Origin: Acutalibacteraceae bacterium | GTDB lineage: Bacteria > Bacillota > Clostridia > Oscillospirales > Acutalibacteraceae | Assembly: GCA_045649855.1 (NCBI GenBank) | Contig: JAZRQN010000013.1 | Coordinates: forward strand, 1 to 51,491 | Reading direction: 5' to 3' | DNA length: 51,491 nt | Shown here: piece by piece, positions 1 to 9,177 of the stretch | Position numbering within the stretch: position 1 is the first letter of the stretch | Layout: the number at the start of each line of letters is the position of its first letter | The notes under the pieces: generated by a model | What the model saw: only the letters and a program-made list of their open reading frames with translations | Databases searched by the model: none | What the model was told of the DNA's origin: nothing | Program-made: the position numbers and the translations under genes

Positions 1-95
1 TGATGTGACGGCCAAATTCTTTTATTTTTTATTACCTTTCCTTAAACTTGTATTCAGGCGAAAGCCAAAATACAAACCAAAAGGATGGTAGAATA

Positions 96-746
96 ATGAA
101 AAGAATTAGAAAAAACTTTATAGCTTCGATGTGTTTGCTTGCGGCGTTTGTACTGTGGACGGTGGCAATTTGCTTTGTCGGTGTGCGAGCGATTGGGCCG
201 GAGGGTTCATCGGTAGGGTTTGCCGGCATCAACGGTTTTGTCCATAATCTGACGGGTGTGCATTTCAGCCTATACAACATAACGGATTGGCTCGGACTTG
301 TGCCGATCTTCGTGTGTATGGGATTCGGTATACTTGGGCTTACGCAGTGGATAAAACGAAAAAGCATATGCAAGGTGGATTATGACATTCTTGTCTTGGG
401 TGGATTTTATATTATTACGTTTGCCGCTTATTTGTTTTTCGAGAATGTGGTAATTAATTACAGACCTGTGCTGATAAACGGATATTTGGAAGCGTCTTAT
501 CCGTCTTCAACAACCTTGCTTGTATTGTGCGTTATGCCAACGGCTGTTATGCAATTTAATAGTCGCATAAGGAATAAATTGCTCCGTAACATCGTTGTAG
601 TTGCACTCGTTGCGTTTATTGCTTTTATGGTAATTGGCAGGCTGCTTTCCGGCGTGCATTGGCTCACGGATATTGTTGGCGGGGCGTTGCTGAGTACAGG
701 GTTTGTGCAGATGTATTATGCTGTTGTTAATTTGGAAGTTAGGTGA
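96..746 (+). CDS. PAP2-family membrane phosphatase
   Basis: Part of ORF 48..746. Polytopic membrane protein with YPSST and GRLLSGVHWLTD, which fits the PAP2 R-x5-H-x3-D motif. Start moved to ATG 96 (MKRIRKNF), just downstream of AAGGATGG. Confidence 0.7.
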   Translation: MKRIRKNFIASMCLLAAFVLWTVAICFVGVRAIGPEGSSVGFAGINGFVHNLTGVHFSLYNITDWLGLVPIFVCMGFGILGLTQWIKRKSICKVDYDILVLGGFYIITFAAYLFFENVVINYRPVLINGYLEASYPSSTTLLVLCVMPTAVMQFNSRIRNKLLRNIVVVALVAFIAFMVIGRLLSGVHWLTDIVGGALLSTGFVQMYYAVVNLEVR

Positions 747-844
747 ATTTCAATTTATCGGGCGATTGATTCTACCTATGTGCTTGCTTTTCGATGAAAC
801 TTTGCAACCGCTCGCAACCCGTATCTAAAATTGCGTTATAATTT

Positions 845-883
845 AAAAGCAGAGGGTGTCCCTTGAGACACCCTCTGCTTTTC
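845..883. terminator. Bidirectional rho-independent terminator between convergent genes
   Basis: AAAAGCAGAGGGTGTC-CCTT-GACACCCTCTGCTTTT, a perfect GC-rich stem flanked by an A-run and a T-run. Confidence 0.75.
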
Positions 884-973
884 GTTACAAGTATATGACT
901 TGAAGCTCAAAAAACTTTATTTTTTCATAAGAGTTGCGCACAATTGCTTTATGGAAGCAGGCGAGGGATATGT

Positions 974-1504
974 TCACTCTAACTCCGTTACCAATTCTTC
1001 AAGTGCTTTTCGCTTTTTATTGCGCAGAGTATCGTCTGCGGTTGCGTATCCGATGGTGATGACCAGTCGTACAGGGAATTCCAGATGACAGATTTTGCGG
1101 ATTTTGTCATCATCAAACCAACCGAGAATACAAGTGCCGAGCCCTTGGGCAGCGGCTTCAGCCGTGATGTATGCGGCGGCGATGCCGATGTCGATAGAGC
1201 GGTAATCGTTTCCTTTGACTTTCGCACCGAACGCCGCGGTTTTGACGTACGGTTCTTCCGAGATGACTAACATAATCGGCGCATCGGCTGCAAATTTGTT
1301 CATACCCATACTCATGGTGGCTTTTGCAACCGCTTTGGCGGTATCGCCTTTGCAGACGGTGAAATGATACGGCTGACCGTTGCAAGCGGACGGGGACAAC
1401 CTTGCCGCGTCTAAAATCGCTTGTATCTTTTCGGGCTCTACCGCACGTGTCGCATCGTATTTGCGACAGGATTGACGGTTGGTGGCAATATCAAAAAAAT
1501 TCAT
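974..1504 (-). CDS. Nitroreductase family protein
   Basis: 176 aa. The N-terminus RQSCRKYD...ILDAARLSPSACNGQPYHF is typical of the NAD(P)H-flavin nitroreductase fold. Confidence 0.8.
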   Translation of the reverse strand: MNFFDIATNRQSCRKYDATRAVEPEKIQAILDAARLSPSACNGQPYHFTVCKGDTAKAVAKATMSMGMNKFAADAPIMLVISEEPYVKTAAFGAKVKGNDYRSIDIGIAAAYITAEAAAQGLGTCILGWFDDDKIRKICHLEFPVRLVITIGYATADDTLRNKKRKALEELVTELE

Positions 1505-1520
1505 GATAACCTCCGTTGAA

Positions 1521-2474
1521 TCAGGTGTTGGACATACCGCACAAATCGCAGAATTCAGCGAGGGTGGATATATATAGTTCGCTGTCCACCAGATAACTCA
1601 ACCCGTGTCCTGCGCCGGGTACGGTGAGCAACCGCTTGGGTGCGGTGCAAAGTTGGTGATTTCGTATACTCATTTCGCACGGAACGAAGTCATCGGTATC
1701 GCCGTGTACAAACAACACAGGGATTTTACATTTGGCGACCGCTTCGTCTGCGGCTGTTTCATGCAGGTTAAATTTGCCGTACAACCGCGCGCCTAAGCGG
1801 ACGAACGGATATAAAAGGCGCGGCGGCAATTTGATGTCGCGGATCACTTTTGAAATGATATCGCGCGCGGAAGTGTAACCGCAGTCCGCCAGAACACCGA
1901 CCACGTTGTCGGGCAAGGGTTTGGCAGCAGCCATCAGTACCGTGGATGCCCCCATGGAAATGCCGGTCAACATAATTTTGGTGTCTTTTCCGAAACGATT
2001 TACCAGATAATCAACCCAAGAAAGGCAATCGCGACTTTCGTGGATACCGAATGTGATGACGTTGCCTTCGCTGTCGCCGCAAGCACGTTGATCAATAATG
2101 AGTGCGTTGTGTCCCAATACAAAACAACGTTGCACACCGCCACACAGATCGCGTTCTGCCAATCCGCGGTAACCGTGCATCATCAATTCGATTGGACCTC
2201 CCGGTTGACATTCGTAATACTTACCGTACAGTTTCAAACCGTCAAAAGAAGTGATACAAATCTCGTCGTGGGGGAGAGCGCGAACCTCTTTCATCCAACC
2301 GATCATTTGATCGCGATAAGGCTCATACACCTTTCCGGGCGGCAAAGGATTTTCTTCTCGCGGTTTGCGCTGCTTTGGTGTTACGTAAAACGTCATGCGA
2401 AAGCAGATATAAGCAGTTATCAATACGATAATTGCTACTGCCAAGCAGATTGCAAGTATCCATACCATTACCAT
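1521..2474 (-). CDS. Membrane-anchored alpha/beta hydrolase
   Basis: Part of ORF 1521..2588. N-terminal TM helix (VWILAICLAVAIIVLITAYICF), nucleophile elbow GISMGAS, and C-terminal VHGDTDDFV / GAGHG. Start trimmed to the MVMVW Met; the exact start is uncertain. Confidence 0.7.
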   Translation of the reverse strand: MVMVWILAICLAVAIIVLITAYICFRMTFYVTPKQRKPREENPLPPGKVYEPYRDQMIGWMKEVRALPHDEICITSFDGLKLYGKYYECQPGGPIELMMHGYRGLAERDLCGGVQRCFVLGHNALIIDQRACGDSEGNVITFGIHESRDCLSWVDYLVNRFGKDTKIMLTGISMGASTVLMAAAKPLPDNVVGVLADCGYTSARDIISKVIRDIKLPPRLLYPFVRLGARLYGKFNLHETAADEAVAKCKIPVLFVHGDTDDFVPCEMSIRNHQLCTAPKRLLTVPGAGHGLSYLVDSELYISTLAEFCDLCGMSNT

Positions 2475-2622
2475 ATACTCGTCTCCGTTTGTGAAAATAC
2501 TGTACAATACAGTATACCATTTTATGTATTGGATTTCAATGCCTGTCGACTGGAAAACAAATTTTCTTGCTTTTTTTGCGTAAATCATATAAAATTATAT
2601 AGTTGAGAAAGGGGACTAGCTT

Positions 2623-3876
2623 ATGGACGTGAATTATAAAAATCAAAAACGTTATACTACCGCGAAATATCCCATCCGCCAGCCGCTCTTTATCGTTGGG
2701 CTGATTTGGTTGTTATCCAAAATATGTTTAATCGGCAAAAAATATAAAATTGAAAAAATCAATATGGAAGGTCTTAAACCGCCGTATATGATGCTGAGTA
2801 ATCACATGTACTTCATCGACTTTGAATTGGCGGCAATGGCGACTTTCCCGCATCGCGTCAACAACGTGGTCAGCATCGACGGATACTATCGCCGCCCGTG
2901 GCTGATGGAGTTGATCGGTGCGATTTGTACGCGTAAATATACGCGCGATCTGCACTTGGTAAAATCCATTAACCGTGTGTTGAAACGCGGAGATATTCTG
3001 TCTATGTATCCTGAAGCACGGTATTCTCCGTGCGGTATTACGTCTTATATGCCCGATTCGATCGGTAAACTGATCAAGCATAACGGCGTGCCGGTGGTTA
3101 CGGTGGTGCATCACGGTAACTATCTGCATTCGCCGTTCTGGAACTTCCGCAAAAAACGGAAAGTGCCGCTGTATACCACTGTTACGCAGACGTTGACCGC
3201 AGAACAGATCAAAACGATGTCGGTGGACGAAATCAACGAGACGGTGCAGGCTGCGTTGCAGTATGACGATTATCGCTATCAGAAAGAAAACAATATTTTG
3301 ATTACCGAACCGTTCCGCGCGGAAGGCTTGCATAAGGTGCTGTACCAGTGTCCGCATTGTTTGACTGAATCCGAAATGGATTCTAAAGGTACGGAGATTT
3401 TCTGTAAAGCCTGCGGAAAACGTTGGAATTTGAACGAAGACGGCACCCTGTCCGCACTGGAAGGGGAGACTGAGTTTTCGCACGTTCCCGATTGGTTTAA
3501 ATGGGAACGTGAACAGGTGCGTTTGCAGATTGAAAATGGGGAATATTCTTTCTGCGATGATGTGGATGTGTATTCTTTGCCGCGTTGTTGGCGCTTTGAA
3601 CATCTGGGAAAAGCCAAACTGATGCACGATGCCAAAAACGGCTTTACTTTGAAGGGCGAATATAACGGTCAGCCGTATCAGATTCGCCGCTTGCCCCAAG
3701 AGAATAACAGTTTGCATATTGAATATGATTATTGTTATATCAAACCGTATGACTGCGTGGATATCTCGACCGAAAGAGACTCTTTCTATTGTTATCCGAC
3801 GCAGCAAAACGTTGTTACCAAACTGGCGTTTGCGACGGAATTGATATACTTGAACAGTTTGAGATCCAAGAAGTGA
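2623..3876 (+). CDS. Lysophospholipid/glycerol-phosphate acyltransferase-like protein with C-terminal Cys4 ribbon
   Basis: 417 aa. HX4D acyltransferase motif NHMYFID, YPEARYS block, and CPHC...CKAC zinc-ribbon-like motif in the C-terminal half. Confidence 0.6.
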   Translation: MDVNYKNQKRYTTAKYPIRQPLFIVGLIWLLSKICLIGKKYKIEKINMEGLKPPYMMLSNHMYFIDFELAAMATFPHRVNNVVSIDGYYRRPWLMELIGAICTRKYTRDLHLVKSINRVLKRGDILSMYPEARYSPCGITSYMPDSIGKLIKHNGVPVVTVVHHGNYLHSPFWNFRKKRKVPLYTTVTQTLTAEQIKTMSVDEINETVQAALQYDDYRYQKENNILITEPFRAEGLHKVLYQCPHCLTESEMDSKGTEIFCKACGKRWNLNEDGTLSALEGETEFSHVPDWFKWEREQVRLQIENGEYSFCDDVDVYSLPRCWRFEHLGKAKLMHDAKNGFTLKGEYNGQPYQIRRLPQENNSLHIEYDYCYIKPYDCVDISTERDSFYCYPTQQNVVTKLAFATELIYLNSLRSKK

Positions 3877-3886
3877 TTGGTGAAGT

Positions 3887-5134
3887 ATGAGGAAAAGAAC
3901 GGTTGAAATGTTGCGTGTGATACAACGATATGGCGCGACGTTTGCAAAGTGGCTCGTGTTGAGCGTGTTGCTTGGCGGCGTTTGCGGTGTTGTGGGTGCA
4001 GGGTTTGTGAAATGTGTTTCTATGGCAACACATTTGCGCGAACAGCACACGTGGCTGCTGTTTTGCTTGCCGATTTTCGGTGTGCTGTCGGTTGCGTTAT
4101 ATAAACTCTGTCGCGTGTCAGGCGTGGGAACGAGTGATGTGTTTGATACCGTTCGCACCGAACGAAAACTTTCATTTTGGTTAGCGCCTGCAGTCTTTGT
4201 CAGCTCTGTGTTGTCCCATTTGGGCGGTGCTTCTGTCGGAAAAGAGGGCGCGGCTTTGCAGTTGGGCGGCAGTCTGTCCTCTTTGATGAGCAGATGCTTT
4301 CATTTTTGTGAAAATACACGGCATATCCTGACGGTTTGCGGTATGGGCGCTTTGTTCTCGGCGGCGTTCGGTACGCCTATCGGCGCTTGTTTGTTTGCTT
4401 TGGAAGTCGTATATGTAGGCCGTGTGTTTATAGGATCGATTTTTCCATGTGTGCTGTCCTCGGTTACGGCATATATGGTATCGGTGGCACTGGGAACAGA
4501 TCCTGAACGTTTTCCGTTGCCTGCTATGTCCGCTGTTTCGGTATCGAGTTTGTGGCGTGTAGCTTTGATCGCAGTGGTCGGCGCATTTATCAGTATGCTG
4601 TTTTGCAATCTTTTGCATCTTGCCGAAGGTCGATTGAAACAATGGCTGCCAAATGATTATTTACGCGTGGCGATTGGCGGCCTTGCGATTGTTGGATTCA
4701 CCTTGCTTGTGCGCACGAATATTTATAACGGTGCAGGCGTGGATGTGATCTACGATGTTTTTGTGAACGGTACGGTACGCCACGAGGCGTTTGCGTTGAA
4801 AATTTTGTTTACCGTTTTGGCTGTTGCGGTTGGATTTAAAGGCGGAGAAATCGTGCCGACCTTTTTTATCGGCGCGACACTGGGTGCATCTGTGGCGGCA
4901 TTGATTGGTTTGGATCCTGCGTTCGGCGCGGCTGTGGGTATGGCAGCGCTGTTTTGCGGTGTTACCAACTGTCCGTTGGCAACTTTAGTGTTGTCTGTGG
5001 AACTGTTTGGCGGACAATGCCTGCCGTACATTGCGGTGGCTGTGGTGATTGCGTTTTTGCTGTCGGGTCATTACAGCTTGTATTCCACGCAGCGATTGTT
5101 GCACGAAAAGGTGGACATTTGTGTAGAAGAATGA
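3887..5134 (+). CDS. ClC-family anion channel/antiporter, short form without CBS domains
   Basis: 415 aa polytopic protein. It has the GKEGAALQLGG gating-Glu motif (canonical GREGP), GVGTS in place of GSGIP, and GGEIVPTFFIGATLG in place of GxFxP. Confidence 0.8.
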   Translation: MRKRTVEMLRVIQRYGATFAKWLVLSVLLGGVCGVVGAGFVKCVSMATHLREQHTWLLFCLPIFGVLSVALYKLCRVSGVGTSDVFDTVRTERKLSFWLAPAVFVSSVLSHLGGASVGKEGAALQLGGSLSSLMSRCFHFCENTRHILTVCGMGALFSAAFGTPIGACLFALEVVYVGRVFIGSIFPCVLSSVTAYMVSVALGTDPERFPLPAMSAVSVSSLWRVALIAVVGAFISMLFCNLLHLAEGRLKQWLPNDYLRVAIGGLAIVGFTLLVRTNIYNGAGVDVIYDVFVNGTVRHEAFALKILFTVLAVAVGFKGGEIVPTFFIGATLGASVAALIGLDPAFGAAVGMAALFCGVTNCPLATLVLSVELFGGQCLPYIAVAVVIAFLLSGHYSLYSTQRLLHEKVDICVEE

Positions 5135-5161
5135 CGAAATATCTCCTTTTTTAAGAAGCTA

Positions 5162-5190
5162 TTGAAAAAGCGTTTTAAGTGTGGTATATT
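5162..5190 (+). promoter_or_regulatory. Putative sigma-A promoter for the capD-like gene
   Basis: TTGAAA, 17-nt spacer, TATATT, with a TGg extended -10. Confidence 0.4.
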
Positions 5191-5228
5191 TATCTGTACA
5201 CGATTATAAACACAACGATTGGGGAAGC

Positions 5229-7088
5229 ATGATGAACAGTAACTTTTCAACCATTATGAAAAGACTCAGCAAAACCGTCATGTTGATGCTTTTGGACGCA
5301 TCGGGCGTGGCGCTGGCGTTTTTTGCCGCTTTGTTGGTGCGGTTTGAATTGGATATCAGAGAGATCCCCGCGGCGTATATACAGGGGTATTTTGGCTTTA
5401 TTGGCTATTGGATCGCCGCTTCGCTGGTGGTTTTTGCGCTGTTCCGTTTGTACGCTACGTTGCTCAGCTATGCCGGGTTTGGTGATCTGGTACGTATAGG
5501 ATTGGCGCATATCGTGCTGATTCCCGGATTCTTGTTCGTGCTGGATATGCCGCGCTCGTTCTTTGTGATGGGGTGGCTGTTCAGTTTCGGTTTTGTTGTG
5601 ATGGTCCGTTTTGGTTGGAGGATGTTGCTCAGTATATCCAATTTCTTTCACAAACAGGCGCGCAACTCTCCCGAACATGATCGCGTGATGATTGTCGGTG
5701 GCGGTGCGGCAGGCCATATGCTGATTCGTGAATATGCGGCAAGCGACCGCTTGAAAGGCAAAATCGTTTGCGTGATCGATGACGATGCCAGCAAAAAGTG
5801 GTGTCGTTTGGAAAGTGTTCCGGTGGTGGGCAATCGTTATGATATTCCTGCTGCGGCACGGCGTTATAAAGTAAATAAAATCATCTTTGCGATTCCGAGC
5901 TGTAACGGTACGGCGCGTAAAGAGATTCTTGATTTATGTTCTCAAACGGGTTGCAAGGTGGAAAAGGTTCCCGGTTTGTATCAACTCGCCAACGGACAAG
6001 CTATTGGCAATCTGCACAAGGTAGAGCCCATCGACCTGTTGGGTCGTGATCCCGTCCAGGTGAATCTGGATGAGATCTACGGATATATTGCAGATAAAGT
6101 TGTGATGGTTACGGGTGGCGGCGGTTCGATCGGCAGCGAATTGTGCCGTCAGATCGCACGCAGTTCCCCGAAACTGCTCATTGTGTTTGATATTTATGAG
6201 AATAACGCGTATGACATCCAAATGGAGCTCAAACGTGATTATCCCACGCTGAATTTGCTGGTGCTCATCGGTTCGGTGCGCAATACCAAACGTTTGGATA
6301 CCGTGCTTGGTAAATATCGTCCGGATATCGTGTTCCATGCGGCGGCACATAAACACGTGCCGTTGATGGAAGACAGCCCTGCAGAAGCGATCAAGAATAA
6401 CGTGTTCGGCACGTATAAATTGGCAAAAGCCGCGGTCAAACACGGCGTGAAAAAGTTCGTGTTGATTTCTACTGATAAAGCGGTTAACCCGACCAATATT
6501 ATGGGCGCGTCCAAGCGTTTGTGCGAAATGGTCGTGCAGATGATGAACCGTGAAGCGACAAACACCGAGTTTGTGGCGGTGCGTTTTGGTAATGTGCTGG
6601 GCAGTAACGGCAGTGTGATTCCGTTGTTTGAAAAACAGATCGCCGAAGGCGGTCCCGTAACGGTAACCCATCCCGACATCATTCGGTATTTTATGACTAT
6701 TCCTGAAGCAGTATCGCTGGTATTGCAGGCAGGATACTATGCCAAAGGCGGCGAGATTTACGTGCTGGATATGGGTCAGCCCGTGAAAATTGCGGATATG
6801 GCGCGTAACCTGATTCGTTTTTCGGGTTATGAACCGGATGTGGATATTCAGATTGTGTACACGGGTCTGCGCCCGGGGGAAAAACTGTATGAAGAACTGC
6901 TGATGGCAGAAGAGGGCATGCAGGAAACCGAAAACAAACTGATCCACATCGGCAAACCGATCGAAATGGACGATGAACTGTTCAAACAGCAGTTGGAAAA
7001 ACTGGAAGCGGCGTATAAAGCCGAGGCAGATAATATCAAAGACGTCGTGGCGGAAATTGTACCTACATACAAACGCACCGATGGATAA
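5229..7088 (+). CDS. Membrane-bound nucleotide-sugar 4,6-dehydratase (CapD/PglF/WbpM family polysaccharide biosynthesis protein)
   Basis: Part of ORF 5181..7088. Four N-terminal TM helices, two Rossmann motifs (IVGGGAAGHML and VTGGGGSIGSELCRQ), and a GASKRLCE Y/K-type catalytic region. Start set at ATG 5229 after GGGGAAG. Confidence 0.85.
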   Translation: MMNSNFSTIMKRLSKTVMLMLLDASGVALAFFAALLVRFELDIREIPAAYIQGYFGFIGYWIAASLVVFALFRLYATLLSYAGFGDLVRIGLAHIVLIPGFLFVLDMPRSFFVMGWLFSFGFVVMVRFGWRMLLSISNFFHKQARNSPEHDRVMIVGGGAAGHMLIREYAASDRLKGKIVCVIDDDASKKWCRLESVPVVGNRYDIPAAARRYKVNKIIFAIPSCNGTARKEILDLCSQTGCKVEKVPGLYQLANGQAIGNLHKVEPIDLLGRDPVQVNLDEIYGYIADKVVMVTGGGGSIGSELCRQIARSSPKLLIVFDIYENNAYDIQMELKRDYPTLNLLVLIGSVRNTKRLDTVLGKYRPDIVFHAAAHKHVPLMEDSPAEAIKNNVFGTYKLAKAAVKHGVKKFVLISTDKAVNPTNIMGASKRLCEMVVQMMNREATNTEFVAVRFGNVLGSNGSVIPLFEKQIAEGGPVTVTHPDIIRYFMTIPEAVSLVLQAGYYAKGGEIYVLDMGQPVKIADMARNLIRFSGYEPDVDIQIVYTGLRPGEKLYEELLMAEEGMQETENKLIHIGKPIEMDDELFKQQLEKLEAAYKAEADNIKDVVAEIVPTYKRTDG

Positions 7089-7105
7089 TGTTGAATAATC
7101 GAAAG

Positions 7106-7137
7106 AAAAGCAGATGCTAAAAAGCATCTGCTTTTTT
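7106..7137 (+). terminator. Rho-independent terminator
   Basis: AAAAGCAGATGCT-AAAA-AGCATCTGCTTTTTT. Confidence 0.8.
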
Positions 7138-7138
7138 A

Positions 7139-7167
7139 TTTACTTATCAGATGTTTTGTGGTATACT
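7139..7167 (+). promoter_or_regulatory. Putative sigma-A promoter of uvrBA
   Basis: TTTACT, 17-nt spacer, TATACT, with a TGg extended -10, about 35 nt upstream of the uvrB GTG. Confidence 0.4.
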
Positions 7168-7201
7168 GTATTTGTCGAGATTTATGCTGTGAGGTGAGAA
7201 C

Positions 7202-9163
7202 GTGCCGGAGAAGTTTATTTTGCATAGTGAATATCAGCCGACGGGCGATCAGCCGCAAGCGATCGATAAGCTTGTCGAAGGCATCAACAGGGGAGACAAA
7301 GAGCAAACCTTGCTCGGTGTTACCGGTTCGGGCAAAACGTTCACGATGGCGAACGTGATTGCACAGGTGAACAAACCCACCCTCGTTCTCGCTCATAATA
7401 AGACCCTTGCCGCGCAGTTGTGCTCCGAATTCAAAGAGTTTTTCCCCGAAAACGCGGTGGAATATTTTGTTTCCTATTACGATTACTATCAACCCGAGGC
7501 ATATATCGCTACCACCGACACATATATCGAAAAAGATTCTGCCATCAATGAGAATATCGATAAATTGCGCCATTCAGCAACGTTGGCGCTTGCAGAGAGA
7601 CGAGATGTTATTGTGGTCGCGAGCGTATCCTGCATTTACAGTTTGGGTGCGCCTGAAGATTACCGCAATATGACCATTTCTCTGCGCCCCGGTATGCAAA
7701 AAGATCGAGATGAGTTGCTGGCGCAACTGGTCGAAATCCAGTACGAGCGTAACGACGTCAACTTCGTACGTAATAAATTCCGCGTGCGCGGCGACGTGGT
7801 GGAAATTTTTCCTGCAAGCGAAGACGATACCGCTATCCGCGTGGAGTTTTTCGGTGATGAGATCGAGCGTATCAGCGAGATTAATCCTTTGACCGGAGAG
7901 AGAAAAGCGGATCTGCACCATGCGTGGATCTATTCTGCGTCCCATTACATCGTGCCGCCCGAGAAAATGGCGGCGGCTGTGGAAGTGTTGGAAGCAGAAC
8001 TCGCCGAGCGTGTGGAATACTTCAAGCGTGAAGGCAAATTGCTGGAAGCGGAGCGCATCTTACAGCGCACCCGTTACGATATTGAGATGTTGCAAGAAAT
8101 CGGGATGTGCAAGGGGATTGAAAACTATTCCCGCGTACTGGCAGGGCGCGCGCCGGGGTCTACGCCGTACACGCTGCTTGACCATTTCCCTGAAGACTTC
8201 TTATTGATCGTGGACGAGTCGCACGTAACACTGCCGCAGGTGCGCGGTATGCACGGCGGTGATCATGCGCGAAAGACCTCGCTGATTGATTACGGTTTCC
8301 GTTTGCCGAGCGCTTACGATAACCGCCCTCTCAATTTTGATGAGTTTTACAGCCACGTACATCAAGCGGTGTTCGTTTCTGCGACGCCGGGTGATTTCGA
8401 AAAAGATAAGAGTGCACAGATCGTAGAGCAGATCATCCGTCCGACGGGTCTTACCGATCCTGAAGTAACGGTTAAGCCTGTAGAGGGACAGATCGATGAT
8501 CTGATGGAAGAAATTCGGTTGCGTACCGAACGCCAAGAACGTGTGTTGGTTACCACCCTCACCAAGAAGATGGCGGAAGATTTGACCCACTTCTTGGAAG
8601 AAAACGGCGTTAAAGTGCGGTATATGCATCACGATATCGACACTATGGAGCGCATGGAAATTATCCGCGATCTGCGCTTGGGTAAGTTTGACGTGTTGGT
8701 CGGCATTAACCTGCTGCGTGAAGGATTGGATATTCCGGAAGTATCTTTGGTGGCGATTTTGGATGCGGACAAAGAAGGTTTCTTGCGTTCCGAAACGTCG
8801 CTCGTACAGACGATCGGTCGTGCGGCGCGTAACGCCGGCGGTCAGGTCATTATGTATGCGGATGCGGTTACGCCATCGATGGAAAATGCTATTCGCGAAA
8901 CCAATCGCCGCAGAGAAATCCAGATGCAATACAACGCAGAGCACGGTATCACACCGCGTACCATTGTCAAAGAGGTGCGCGAACTCATTGATATTCGTAC
9001 TCATAAAGATACGCCCGATGATTTCAAAAATCTCAGCCGTGCCGAACGGACGCGTATGATTGAACAGTTGAAGAAAGAAATGAAAAACGCGGCCAAGTTG
9101 TTGGAATTCGAACACGCCGCATACCTGCGCGACCGCATTGCACAGTTGGAAAACGGCAAATAA
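7202..9163 (+). CDS. uvrB: Excinuclease ABC subunit B
   Basis: 653 aa. [17 protein letters not shown], Walker [17 protein letters not shown], and the C-terminal UVR domain ([17 protein letters not shown]). Confidence 0.97.
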   Translation: MPEKFILHSEYQPTGDQPQAIDKLVEGINRGDKEQTLLGVTGSGKTFTMANVIAQVNKPTLVLAHNKTLAAQLCSEFKEFFPENAVEYFVSYYDYYQPEAYIATTDTYIEKDSAINENIDKLRHSATLALAERRDVIVVASVSCIYSLGAPEDYRNMTISLRPGMQKDRDELLAQLVEIQYERNDVNFVRNKFRVRGDVVEIFPASEDDTAIRVEFFGDEIERISEINPLTGERKADLHHAWIYSASHYIVPPEKMAAAVEVLEAELAERVEYFKREGKLLEAERILQRTRYDIEMLQEIGMCKGIENYSRVLAGRAPGSTPYTLLDHFPEDFLLIVDESHVTLPQVRGMHGGDHARKTSLIDYGFRLPSAYDNRPLNFDEFYSHVHQAVFVSATPGDFEKDKSAQIVEQIIRPTGLTDPEVTVKPVEGQIDDLMEEIRLRTERQERVLVTTLTKKMAEDLTHFLEENGVKVRYMHHDIDTMERMEIIRDLRLGKFDVLVGINLLREGLDIPEVSLVAILDADKEGFLRSETSLVQTIGRAARNAGGQVIMYADAVTPSMENAIRETNRRREIQMQYNAEHGITPRTIVKEVRELIDIRTHKDTPDDFKNLSRAERTRMIEQLKKEMKNAAKLLEFEHAAYLRDRIAQLENGK

Positions 9164-9177
9164 AAGGAAGGTAAACA

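Noticed and set aside
2728-4158. Very long antisense ORFs: 2728..4158 (476 aa), 5934..7127 (397 aa), 8201..9178 (325 aa), 18495..20087 (530 aa), 23160..24269 (369 aa), 34031..34792 (253 aa) and many shorter ones.
   Set aside because: Each lies opposite a gene with strong family motifs. Their translations are low-complexity and rich in R/H/Q/F with no motifs, SD sequences or sensible starts. They are typical shadow ORFs.
7089-7201. Search for a LexA/DinR SOS box (GAAC-N4-GTTC) upstream of uvrB, and also upstream of uvrA, recD2 and polA.
   Set aside because: No match was found by eye. Absence of evidence only; a matrix scan would be needed.
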